Source: Lingula anatina
Taxonomy: Eukaryota > Animalia > Brachiopoda
Length of the DNA: 64,000 nt
Direction: 5' to 3'
Assembly: GCA_051362555.1 (NCBI GenBank)
Contig: CM120644.1
Coordinates: 15,646,534-15,710,533, forward strand
Below, in pieces: positions 1 through 12,093 of the stretch (position 1 is its first letter; each line of letters begins with the position of its first letter). The position numbers were made by a program, and so were the translations under genes. The notes under the pieces are model-generated. The model worked only from the letters and a program-made list of their open reading frames with translations, ran no database searches and was not told the origin of the DNA.

Positions 1-267
1 ATTATTTTAAGGATTTTTAAGTGAAGAGAAAGGAAATGTTATTGACGTAGCAGACTATATAATGATGACCATGGCTGAGGATGGTCTTTTTTCAGCCGTG
101 TACGCTGTGACTGAGCCTACTAAGCTCCGTACGTACGTCGTACGTAGTAATCGAATGCAATTTTCAGAAATTATTTCTAGCCAAAAAATTGCATCAAACA
201 TTCTAGAATTTGAAGTGCATGCAAGTGTCCAGCTGTTTGTTTGTTTAAGAAGCCGGCACGGATCGTT

Positions 268-269
<2 letters not shown>

Positions 270-333
<64 letters not shown>
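270..333. repeat. (AT)n microsatellite
   Basis: Perfect dinucleotide run. Confidence 0.95.
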
Positions 334-336
<3 letters not shown>

Positions 337-2254
337 TTTTTTTTTACTATGATTCTGTTTTATGTTGATATTTAGTTTGGCTTCACCTATGACGTGTAAG
401 AGCACAGTGAGATCAAAAGCGGTCCACACCGAGACTTTTTTTTTTTTTTTTTTATCTAAGCAAGCCCCTTGGATGAGTGTGTCATTAAAAAACGTTCAAA
501 TATGTAAAATCTGGTGCGCTTTTCATTCAAGCAATTGCGACGATGTCAATATTTGGAAAAAATGTATACAGCAAATAATCCAGTATAGAAAATACCATTT
601 TTGTCTGCTGAACGCGATTGTGGTATGACAGGGACAAGTCCATTATTATTATTATTATTTGGAAGGGGGGGGGGGCATTTTTAATGGGTTTTTAAGGAAT
701 GACAGGCCTCGGATACGAAATCGACCCTCTCCCCCCTTGGGGAATATTAGGGGAATATAAGTGTTCTTTTTTTAAGAAGCCTAAATCCGCCACTGAGGTA
801 CATCCTCTACCAATGTCGCAGATAATTACGTGCACCATTTGCTGACAGTGCAGAAATGTAACATCACTTTTCAAGCGAAATCTAGTGAAAAATCAATATG
901 TGACTCGGGTAAAGGGCAACCAAGGTACGTGTATAATGCCAGGTCCAATGGTTTGCCTGTTCTGCTTCGAATGAGAAAATAATGAAGATACTCTCTTTAA
1001 TGGTGTACACATTTGCAGAATGCAAGCTAGATTATATCCAAGGGGAGTACAAAAATGACAGCAATGTACTCTGTTTCTATTTTGAATTGTTCCAGAAACG
1101 TTTTGTGGGTTGTTATGCCATGTGAAACAAATGATAAAATTTGTATTTTAATAATTGAAATTCTTTATGCTTTATGCTGACAAAGTTAAACGGAAAGTAA
1201 TTTCATTAAAACCGACTCGAAGTCATTTGTTATAGGATCTCAGGTGATGAGTTAAACAAATGCACGCCCTGAAATTGTATGAAAAAAAGCACAATCTTTT
1301 CTAGTACGTAAATGGCAAACATTTTTAATCCAATGGTGTGGCTGATACGGCTTGCTGATCGAGATTGATGACAGCCATCAACGAGTGCAATTTTTACCAG
1401 GGGCCCTTTGAGTTATTACAAAATTTGCTAAAGAAATCTTAAAAGATGAATGAATTGAAGGATGGATGGAAAAATGAATGAATCAATTGACAAGGGAATA
1501 TGAAGGTATGTAGGGTGTTAGGGAGGCAAACTGACAGAAAGAGAAAGAAAGAAAGGAAGAAAAGAAAGGTAGATAGTACTCAGCTATTAATGTTCCCCAT
1601 ACTCGCAAGACTATAGGTATGTTAGAGGTGCATGCGATCTATAGGGCTGCTACATACCATCTTCTGCCAAAAATAATAAAAAAAACACAATTAAAAACAA
1701 GCGATGTAAATTTTAAGAAACGTTTATTTTCTACGGCAAAAAGATAAATAGAAATGTTTACGAAACGCCAGACAAAAGAGGTAAGTTGCTTAACTTAGCT
1801 GGTTGGTAATAGGCGACTTTTTCTGTAGGGTCGGTATGCGAGATTCATTTGTTTTTGTAATTTTTATTCTCTTTAATTGTTTTTTTTTCAATTGCTTTAA
1901 TAGTGCGTTAAGATGCAATCTATGTCTATAAAGCAAAACAGCAAATTTAAACCAGGTTCTTATTAATTAATTTATTTATTCCTATAGTGGCAGGTTTACT
2001 TAAAGAACTTTATAATTCGTAAGTCTCTCTCTTATCAATCGGTAGTATATACACACAATGCCACGTGAGTTCTAAAGAAGAACTTACCATTCTTAAAAGA
2101 AATCGCATACGGAGAAATTTATACAGAGTAGAAAAATAATATTTTTCTTATGAGCAACATAATTAAATGAAAATAATAAGAAGAGACTCTTTAAAGTAAA
2201 CCTTTATAGGAGGAAGAACAAACCAATAGTGCATACGCAAAGCTTGTGAATAAA

Positions 2255-5200
2255 ATTATTTGGAACAGCTTAAATCTTGGCTTCATTTCCCTAATTTCTA
2301 GGCCTGAGGACACTATGGATACATGCCCAGATTAGTAACCAAATTTTCACGTCTACGGCCAATGCTTACCTCCCACATTCCGTAATGAAGACGGTCACAG
2401 CACGGAGTCCGTTGGAGTGTGTTACGCTCTGTAAAACCACCCCGGGATGCCTTTCCTGCAATTTCTACGCCGGAAAGTCAGGTATGGTGTAAATGTTCCA
2501 TACTACTCATGTCTACCTACTCTTTCATACTGTACCTACTAAATAAATGGTATCCAAAATCAAAAGAAGAGTCACCTCCAATAAGAAGAGTAAATTGTTT
2601 GCTTTTTATATCTCTGTATATACATAAATGAATTTCAAACAATTGCAAGTATATATCTAGGATCCAAAATAACTTCTATCCTACACACACTGGACAATAG
2701 AAGTGTCACCCCCTAAATCAGAGTAATAAAAGTAGGCAGATCTTGGTACTTATAATGCCTGGTTTACTTATAATGTGACTAATGAGTATAAAACCGCTAT
2801 ACCATGGAACTGTATTGTTGGTCTTGTACATGTACAGCAAATGTTATTCCTGTCTTCCTCCAACATGGCAAGATACAGGCAATTATCTAACAGTTATAGG
2901 TGCAAGTTATTAACCTGAAGAGGCGGAATATAAGCAATGTCAAAATATCGATTCAATTGAATTCTTCAGTCAGAACCATGCAGAGGGTCTGGTCTCGGTA
3001 TAGAAACACTGGATCAAGAGACAAATTGCCTCTGATGGGTCGTCCAAGAAATAATACTGGCCGTGAAAACCGACGACTGATTTTGGTGTCCAGGTTGTAA
3101 AGTTCTACAGTGCTTGTCAGTTGACAACACAGTGGAACAATTTCACACATAAGAATCTGTCTGTGAAAATTGCTAGGTGTCGGTTACATGCTCAGAGAGT
3201 GTACAGCAGGGTAGCAAGACTGAAACCTCTTATATCGTTACAAAACAGGCAACGTAGAATAAACTAGGGTGAACAGGATCTGGAACTGGACAGTCCATGA
3301 CAATTGGTCCTATATATTTTTTTCTGATGAGTGTCGCTTTGGTCTGACCTCTGATGACAGACGGGTACGATGATGGCGAACTGCTGTTAAAGCTTTTAAA
3401 CCACATGCACTGAATTTTCGAACCCGGAGCAGCATATTTATTATGGTGTGGGACTGCATCAGCATCCATGGCGTGGGCAAATTGATAGTGGTTGATGGAA
3501 ACATGAATCACTAGAAATATATCAATGTTTTGGAGTCAGGCTTGCTACCATCTATTACTAACATGTTTGGTAACCGGAATTATCGATTTGTTCAACAGGA
3601 TGACAATGCTCCTTGTCACAGGCCCAGAGCAGTTGATGATTGGTTTGACCAACAAGACATTCGCAGGGTTACGCTCTGTAAAACCACCCCGGGATGCCTT
3701 TCTTGCAATTTCTACGCCGGAAAGTCAGGTATGGTGTAAATGTTCCATACTACTCATGTCTACCTACTCTTTCATACTGTACCTACTAAACAAATGGTAT
3801 CCAAAATCAAAAGAAGAGTCACCTCCAATAAGAAGAGTAAATTGTTTGCTTTTTATATCTCTGTATATACATAAATGAATTTCAAACAATTGCAAGTATA
3901 TATCTAGGATCCAAAATAACTTCTATCCTACACACACTGGACAATAGAAGTGTCACCCCCTAAATCAGAGTAATAAAAGTAGGCAGATCTTGGGTACTTA
4001 TAATGCCTGGTTTACTTATAATGTGACTAATGAGTATAAAACCGCTATACCATGGAACTGTATTGTTGGTCTTGTACATGTACAGCAAATGTTATTCCTG
4101 TCTTCCTCCAACATGGCAAGATACAGGCAATTATCTAACAGTTATAGGTGCAAGTTATTAACCTGAAGAGGCGGAATATAAGCAATGTCAAAATATCGAT
4201 TCAATTGAATTCTTCAGTCAGAACCATGCAGAGGGTCTGGTCTCGGTATAGAAACACTGGATCAAGAGACAAATTGCCTCTGATGGGTCGTCCAAGAAAT
4301 ACTACTGGCCGTGAAAACCGACGACTGATTTTGGTGTCCAGGTTGTAAAGTTCTACAGTGCTTGTCAGTTGACAACACAGTGGAACAATTTCACACATAA
4401 GAATCTGTCTGTGAAAATTGCTAGGTGTCGGTTACATGCTCAGAGAGTGTACAGCAGGGTAGCAAGACTGAAACCTCTTATATCGTTACAAAACAGGCAA
4501 CGTAGAATAAACTAGGGTGAACAGGATCTGGAACTGGACAGTCCATGACAATTGGTCCTATATATTTTTTTCTGATGAGTGTCGCTTTGGTCTGACCTCT
4601 GATGACAGACGGGTACGATGATGGCGAACTGCTGTTAAAGCTTTTAAACCACATGCACTGAATTTTCGAACCCGGAGCAGCATATTTATTATGGTGTGGG
4701 ACTGCATCAGCATCCATGGCGTGGGCAAATTGATAGTGGTTGATGGAAACATGAATCACTAGAAATATATCAATGTTTTGGAGTCAGGCTTGCTACCATC
4801 TATTACTAACATGTTTGGTAACCAGAATTATCCATTTGTTCAACAGGATGACAATGCTCCTTGTCACAGGCCCAGAGCAGTTGATGATTGGTTTGACCAA
4901 CAAGACATTCGCAGGGTGATGTGGCCTGCCCAGAGTCCGGATGCAAACATAATAGAAAATGTGTCAATTGATATGTGAAAACTTTTTACAAATGCCCGTC
5001 TAACCAGCAGAGAAACTCTGTTATATTCAGTGTTTCATGCTTGGGCCAGCATATCCCTGAACGCATCAGACAATTATATGAATCCTTGCCTCGTAGACTG
5101 GCACCTATTATTAGGTCACGTGGCTATTTCACTAAGTACTAATTTTGGACTTGAAACTGCATATTTTAGTAGAATGTATATTTTGTTCTCATGTTGTGAT

Positions 5201-5322
5201 TTTTTTGTGAAATTTGATGTAAATAAAATGATACCAGGAGCATATCATTCCACAGACATTTAACTCCCCCATAGTATTGGTTCAGTAGGTGTGACACTTC
5301 TTTTGTCCAGTGTGTGTAGTAC

Positions 5323-5363
<41 letters not shown>

Positions 5364-6340
5364 GTCTATTTAGTCATGTACAAGTAAAGGTCAGTTGATT
5401 CACTATCCTCATGTTTGTTAAAGCCCCCTTTTCACTGGACGGCGTCCTTTCTGCGTCCAGCAGTACGGCCCCATTTGAGAGTTAAAAATTATAATACTTT
5501 ACGTGCCGACAACTGGCCGGTCATTGAGCATTCATTCTGATACCAAATCAATGCATGTGCCTCCTTATTAAGGCCACAGCGATAGCAATTTCATGGTCGC
5601 AGAAAGGACGCAGAAAGGACGCCGTCCAGTGTAAAGGGGTTATAACAAACAGACTGGATGTGAGTTATTCCCTCCAGCTTGATAGGACCAATTAATAAAT
5701 AAATTAATTAATCAATTAATTAATTACAAATGTGTATGAATGTCAAACATACGTATGTCAAACATGATTTTTTTACAGGTAACTGCGAGCTTAATTCCCA
5801 CAGTAGCGCAAATATACAGCTGCAAGAGATGGAGAATGTCAAGTTCTATGGGGTAAGTGATACTTGATTTTATTTATCTTTTTATTCATCATTTTAATAT
5901 TTATGTATTTATTCATTTATTCCAGCCCAGAGAAAAATCAACCAAAAACATTTTGTACATAATTGCACTGCATATTTATTTATTTTTATATATAGTGTAT
6001 GTGCTTTTTATTTATTTATTTTTTTTGTGTCACCGTTGTTGTCGCTGTGGCAGTGTACTTGGAAGTTTTACTCGTACACCCCAATCAAAGAAAGCTGAGA
6101 CACTCATGACTGTTAAGCCTACAGGAACGGTCTTTATAATATAAAAAATGAATTAAATCCATATTCACAAATGGACATTTTTGAGATTTAACTTTGAACT
6201 CACATGGTTGTGATGCAAACGTCTGACCCCATCGCTTTACTTTATTTCATTTTTTCATTTTTCTTACGGGTCGTTTATCATCCGGCTATATATATATGAT
6301 GACTACATATCCAATTCGAGTCTAGTTATCAGAGGTACCG

Positions 6341-6386
<46 letters not shown>

Positions 6387-6575
6387 ACTTAGTTGATAAT
6401 CGTTTAGTCCTAGGTGTCAAAATATTCCGTTTTACATGCAACGGAATAACAGCGGATTGAACAAAAATAGTTTACACGAGTAGGCATATTTGTATTTATG
6501 ATGCATGCAAGTCTATAAACTTATCTAGTTTTATACATAACTAATGTCTGGCAAAGGTGACATTACCAATATCCA

Positions 6576-6608
<33 letters not shown>

Positions 6609-7542
6609 TGGAACTTATTTTGATTAATTCGATAGAATAAAACAAATGTAACATCAAATATATACTTAATCTTATCCCGAAAGTTTTACTCTTAAACCAA
6701 AATCAACCTAGTTTTTTTTTTTACATAACTAATGTCTATCAAAAGTGACATAACCAATATTCAGTTATTATTATTATTATTATTATTTGGAACTTATTTT
6801 GATTAATTCGATAGAATAAAACAAATGTTACATCAAATATGTTATTAATCTTATCCCGAAAGTTTTACTCTTAAACCAAAATCAACCTAGTTTTTTTTAC
6901 ATAACTAATGTCTATCAAAAGTGACATTACCAATATTCAGTTATTATTATCATTATTATTGTTATTTGGAGATTATTTTGATTAATCCGATGGAATAAAA
7001 CAAATATTACGTCGAATGTTCTTCGTTGTATCCCGTGTACTAACAGTTTCTTCTGTACTGTATAATAATATTTTACCATTTATATTCCCGGCAGAAATAT
7101 TCTGTTATATGGTAATAAGTTTTTCGTTTCATTACAGATATATGCACCTCCTGATTGCAATGCATTCGGTAAGTATTGCTGACACCCGCACGAAAACGAA
7201 GTACATGTAGATGCTCCAGCGCAGTAGCTACTGCAATCATACTGCAAATATGCCTCAAATCTGCTTCACATTAGGAGCTAATTAGCATATTTGAAACATG
7301 CTTCTATCATGCTGCTAGTCTACTGCATTAATGCTCCTCCTGTGTACAACCCTATGTAATTTTTGAAGTAGAATTGCAGTAGGGTATACTGCATTTCTAC
7401 TGCAAATATGCTCCACACCACTACTAGACTGCGTTAATGCTTCTTTGCTACTTCGATACTACATGTACTGCATTTTCGTGCGTGCAATATCTTTGATGTT
7501 GTACATGTACAAAGCTCCTGTCCCCGGTTTCACACACACACA

Positions 7543-7588
<46 letters not shown>

Positions 7589-8975
7589 CCTGAACGTGAC
7601 TAAGTACTTAATAACCAAGGTTACATGGTTACATGGGCACATCTTGTCCTAATAACAGGAACAGTTGTATAATCTATGTATATTATATACGTTTAAACGC
7701 CATATTTGTAGAACATTAGCTTGATTAAGGTAACATTACTTACACATTTTTCCTAAATCACCAGAGGACAATGGGTTGTTCACCGTGGACATCGCGGGAT
7801 TTGGCGAGAAAGTCGTATACTGTGATGGTGGTTGGGTCGTTGTTATGAGGAGATATGACAACTCGTTTGATTTTAACCGAACCTGGGTCTCGTACAGGGA
7901 CGGCTTTGGTGACCCAAATGGCCAGTTTTGGATCGGAAACGATGCTCTCTACGCGTTGACCAATCAAGGGAATTACTCCATGCAGATTGACATGAAATCT
8001 TGCAATGGCAACTTTTACTACGTGAAGTGGAGATTGTTCCGTATTAACAACGAGGCTGCGAATTACACCATAACTGATATTATTGTTGACTCTTACAATA
8101 CTTCGACGAATTACTGGTTGGAGGAGGTTTTAGAATGGAGATTTGGAACCATTGATAATCCAGTTTGGAGGTATTCAACTGGTTCTCCAGCTGTTAATTG
8201 CCCCCATGATCACGGTACGTCGCCGACTGGTGGATCCAGGATTTTGCTTTTTGAATCATAATTTGTCTCATGTTAAGTACATTGTGGTTATTATTATTTT
8301 TTGTTATTGTTATCAAATTATATGACCTTTTTTTATTGTTTTGATAGTTTTGAACATAAGCTTTCTTATATATATATTTTTTTAAGTTTTTACTCTTTAT
8401 TTTTAACTTAACCCATGAGGAGATTGGGGGAATATATTTAAACTTACCATGTTTATACCCTCAATAAATATCAATGATAATGAATAGATAAATAATTAGT
8501 GGTTTGACTCTCTATCCCCCCTTTTCCCAGATTCATCATCCATCTACATTTACGTTTAAATACCACTTAAATTACTTGAGGAATACGATACGAATGTACA
8601 GAAAATAAGACTGAGGCAGATTAAAAATATGTTTAATATATTCATCTTTTGTAAGTGACACTTTTTATTCGGATAACACAACAGTGCACCATCAGTACGT
8701 CAGAGATGATCAAACTAAAACCAATTTAGCAGAAAATACATGTAAATAAATAAATTAATAAAAAAAATAAATATTAAGCGTGAACTGAAATTAGCGATTT
8801 TTCTCTTTCAGGTGGCGGGTGGTGGTTTAAAAATTGCACTCGCTGGCACCTCACCGGATATATGTCTTGCAATCCAACTGCTAAAGGAATGAAGTTCTCT
8901 GCTATAACTGGAGTGAACTGCAACCTTGGCTGTAGGCTCGAGGCCGGTACCATGAAGATTAGGCGAAACACTTAA
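2255..8975 (+). CDS. PAN/Apple + fibrinogen-related domain (FReD) gene, copy A; 5' end defective (possible pseudogene or altered first exon)
   Basis: Exons 2302-2481 (LRTLWIHAQ...ECVTLCKTTPGCLSCNF), 5779-5852, 7138-7168, 7765-8214 (VYCDGGWVVVMRR...GFGDPNGQFWIGND) and 8812-8975 (GGWWFKNC...MKIRRNT*). All are GT-AG and in phase, matching copies B and C. The position homologous to the paralog ATG reads ATT (2255-2257), with a +1 frameshift before 2302. Confidence 0.8.
2421..4915 (+). repeat. Tandem duplication of about 1.25 kb (2421-3667 and 3668-4915)
   Basis: Near-identical copies differing at about 6 sites, including a 1-bp indel. The junction joins Tc1 sequence to the middle of the PAN exon. 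Confidence 0.95.
2684..5316 (+). mobile_element. Degenerate Tc1-like DNA transposon in intron 1 of FReD copy A; left part duplicated
   Basis: TIR CACACACTGGACAA(T/A)AGAAGTGTCAC at 2684 and again at 3931, inverted copy ending 5316, each with flanking TA. Disrupted transposase motifs GRPR, FSDE, QQDDNAPCH and WPAQSPDANIIEN. Confidence 0.9.
5423..5640. mobile_element. MITE (PIF/Harbinger-like ends)
   Basis: Inverted ends CCCCTTTTCACTGGACGGCGTCCTTTCTGCGTCC and GGACGCAGAAAGGACGCCGTCCAGTGTAAAGGGG; no ORF. Confidence 0.75.
6527..7010. repeat. Tandem repeat of about 180 bp, about 2.7 copies, with internal (TTA)n
   Basis: TACATAACTAATGTCT...GTGACATTACCAATAT recurs at about 6534, 6722 and 6898. Confidence 0.9.
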
Positions 8976-9341
8976 ATTACCAACATATAAACTATATGGC
9001 AATTTGTATGGTCTCCACATTTATAGGCATGTGAATAGAGCTTTACACCCTCGTAATTGAGGGTGAACAATAGCCGAATTTTTTTAGGTTTTTCAATTGG
9101 TATTTTATTGAAAGGTGGTTATGTGAAAGGGATAACAACTGTTCATTTTGGCCAAAAAATTAACTTTCCTGGGGAAACAACAATTTTCCCATACTTACCA
9201 ATGGTTAATGAATCAATATCTACATTCAAATGTAGTCTCTGTTTCTTTTTTCTTAGAAAGTTTCTTTTTTGTAATACTCTCTTATGGTGTATGGAACATA
9301 CAGCGAAAAAGACGAGCAAATATATACTTATATGGTAGATG

Positions 9342-9633
9342 CAGGCGTGGAGCCAGGATTATTAAAAGAGGGTTAGGATTTTAGGAATGACAGACTGTGG
9401 ATGTGAAGCCGACCCCCCCCCTCTTGCCGAGGGGTTCGGGGCCCGCTAAAGGGTCCCGAAAAAATTAAGTTTTTTAGAGGGCAAACGGTGCCGTTTAATA
9501 CGGTTTAAAACTATGATTCAGCTAGTCAAAATTCCATTTTCTAGAGGGAAACATTGAGTGCGATTTTTTTTCTGAAATGGAAGGGGGGGAGTCAGGACCC
9601 CCCTGACCCCTCCCCCCTCTAAATCCACCACTG
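9342..9633. mobile_element. hAT-like MITE family member (other copies near 650-795, 11022-11240, 36925-37166, 54898-55130)
   Basis: Ends CAG(T/C/A)GGCGGATCCAGG and CTAAATCC(A/G)CCACTG; shared internal AAACGGTGCC...GATTCAGCTAGTCAAAATTC and GGGGAGTCAGGACCC. Confidence 0.75.
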
Positions 9634-12040
9634 ATATGCTATTCTAACAGAAGTATTTTTCCCCAGAGGTAATTCATTTCAAACACTGTTTTGGATTTTA
9701 TTCAGGTTGTAGGGCATTTTGTTCATGATGGCATTTGGTCTAGATATAAAGGCCAGCCAATTGGCATCAGTAGTGGTTTTACTCAAAGAAGTATACGTAA
9801 ACGATATAGTGCAACGATACCGTAGTGATGATAAGATGTCAGAACAGAATTAATTTATAAGCCTAAAGGAACTTGGTATGACAGATTTATTTTGCAAAGT
9901 GTAGTAGTAACCATTCTCATTTTTATAAAATTTGAAGTTTTTGTAACTACAGACAACATCTATCAAAACATTGGCATGGTATGGCAGTAACAAACATCAT
10001 AATAAAGAAAATCGTCATTTTGGAACTTTTTTCCCATTTCAAGTTTTTACAGCTTTAAAAACTCAAAAAAATATTTAAAAGCGAATATTGTGCATTTTTG
10101 GGCATTGAACATGCTAATGCTTTTTTTCCTCTATTAAGTTCAAACCATTTGAACACAATGCAGGTTGATTTTGATCCAATTTGAATTTGACGTTACTTGC
10201 TACACGGGTCTGTTTACATAGTGCATTGATCTTTGAAAGCGAACTTTTGATATAAGAGGGCGTGTGTACTATCACAACATTTTAATGACTTTATGATTGA
10301 GTTTTTCTTCATTGTTACTCTGGTAATTTCAGAAACTGTTTTATGAGACATCATTATTATTAAGAGTGTTCGCAATTATCGGAATTATCAAAATACTTAT
10401 TACTTTAATTAAGTCTTGACAAATATTAGTAACTTTCTTAATCACTATGTACTATTTTATCAATTATAAAACATGATAATGTACGTTTTTATATTATCTA
10501 TTACATGTGACTTACTGGTAATAATTATATATTGTGTTTACCATGGTCATTATTATTATTGGCATGTTGTATTTTATCTAGTGCTCAGTGTTCAATGTTA
10601 TGATTAATAACGTTTGTAATCAACGTTTTTAAACAATTACGATTGCGTAAATGTGCATCTCATTACTATTTTCATCTGATTTGATTTTGCAGATTCAGAC
10701 GAACTTACGAATCACATTTGCATTGTAGACTGCACTGTGGCCTGGTCTTTTAAGCTGTTTGAAAATTTACGATGTATGCAACGGTGGGATGCAACAAGAA
10801 AAAGGAAAATTCCTTGTAATCAAGCAAAGACAATGGATAGAAAACAAGTGAATGCGTAATAAGTAGGGAGAAATAAAGTATAAATACTTGTGAAATTGTA
10901 TGAACGTATTCCTTAGTATGTTATTTCAGTGCAGATGACCACTCGGCTGTTCCTGTTTCCTATAGCTCTTTTCTCCGAACATCTGGACTGTGCTCTTTTT
11001 CTTTCAAACATCTCAACCCCCACAGGGGCTGATCCGGGATTATTTGAAGTGTGTGTGGTGTGTGGAGGGGGTGGGGTGGGGGGCGGGGAGGCTTTTTTAA
11101 GTATGGCAGACCTCGGTACGGGGGCCGCTGTTTTTTTTTCTTGGGGGGAGAGGCGGTGGGCAGCAAACGGTGCCATTTGGTACAGTTTTGAACTGTGATT
11201 CAGCTAGTCAAAATTCAGGCCAGCCCCCCCCCCCTTTCCACTGCCCTCCCCCTAAATCCCATATTATTGTATGTTTGATGGATAAACAGGAGTTTGGTCA
11301 TGAAGGCCCAGGGCAAGCCAAGCTAAAAAAAAAACATTTTCTGTCAACTTTAAAATCCAATTTACCAGAAACTTGAGCGCAGTATTGAATTCCTATGTCT
11401 GACACTGGCCGAATGGATGGGGACTGATTAAGTGCTATCAAAAAACATTGTCCTTAATATTGATCCCAGTAAATGAATGGGTAAATGAAATGGCAGGATA
11501 CCCAAGGTGGAAAATCAATCCCCACTAAGATATCTCAACCGTATAATGTGTACTAATTGATTAGTTCTGCACCGTTAAATATGTATTCTTTGGTTTTAAA
11601 AACAAAACTGGAGCAGCTAGTGTCGTCCAATCTTTTTATTTTTATTTTGGACATTTAAAGAGACAGTGTAAGTATTAATGCTTAGTTTTTAAAAGTCTAT
11701 CTAAATGTACAAGTATGCATAAATCCTCAGAGAAAGGTACTGACCTCTGTCAAAAGCTCACACAAGGTGGACATAATACGACCGTCTAGTTAGATCGATC
11801 TACCGGAACATGCAGGTATGGGAACCCGTTCTTAGTTCCTGTTCATTAGGCTTAAGACCAGCGAATATAAGTGTCATAAAACACAAAATAAAAGAGTACA
11901 TTTCACTTTATATCTCAAGTGAACTAGAGTGAAGAGCAGCTAGTACTGGAGGGCTTTTCTTGATGCCTGACAAAATTTATCTTTTTGTTTCTTTTTTTTT
12001 TTATTGACACTGATCCGTGCACTGTCACTTTAAAGGGAGG

Positions 12041-12070
12041 TAATAAAAGAAGGAAGCCGAACTCTCAGTC
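12041..12070 (+). promoter_or_regulatory. Putative TATA-like box and initiator of FReD copy B
   Basis: TAATAAAAG about 25 nt before TCAGTC, 24 nt upstream of the ATG; homologous CATATAAG...ACAGTC precedes copy C. Confidence 0.5.
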
Positions 12071-12093
12071 AATACGCTAAGCTCGTTAAGAAA

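Noticed and set aside
55-429. ORFs with YIYIYI (and similar CVCV, poly-L/V or poly-K ORFs elsewhere)
   Set aside because: These are translations of microsatellites or homopolymers.
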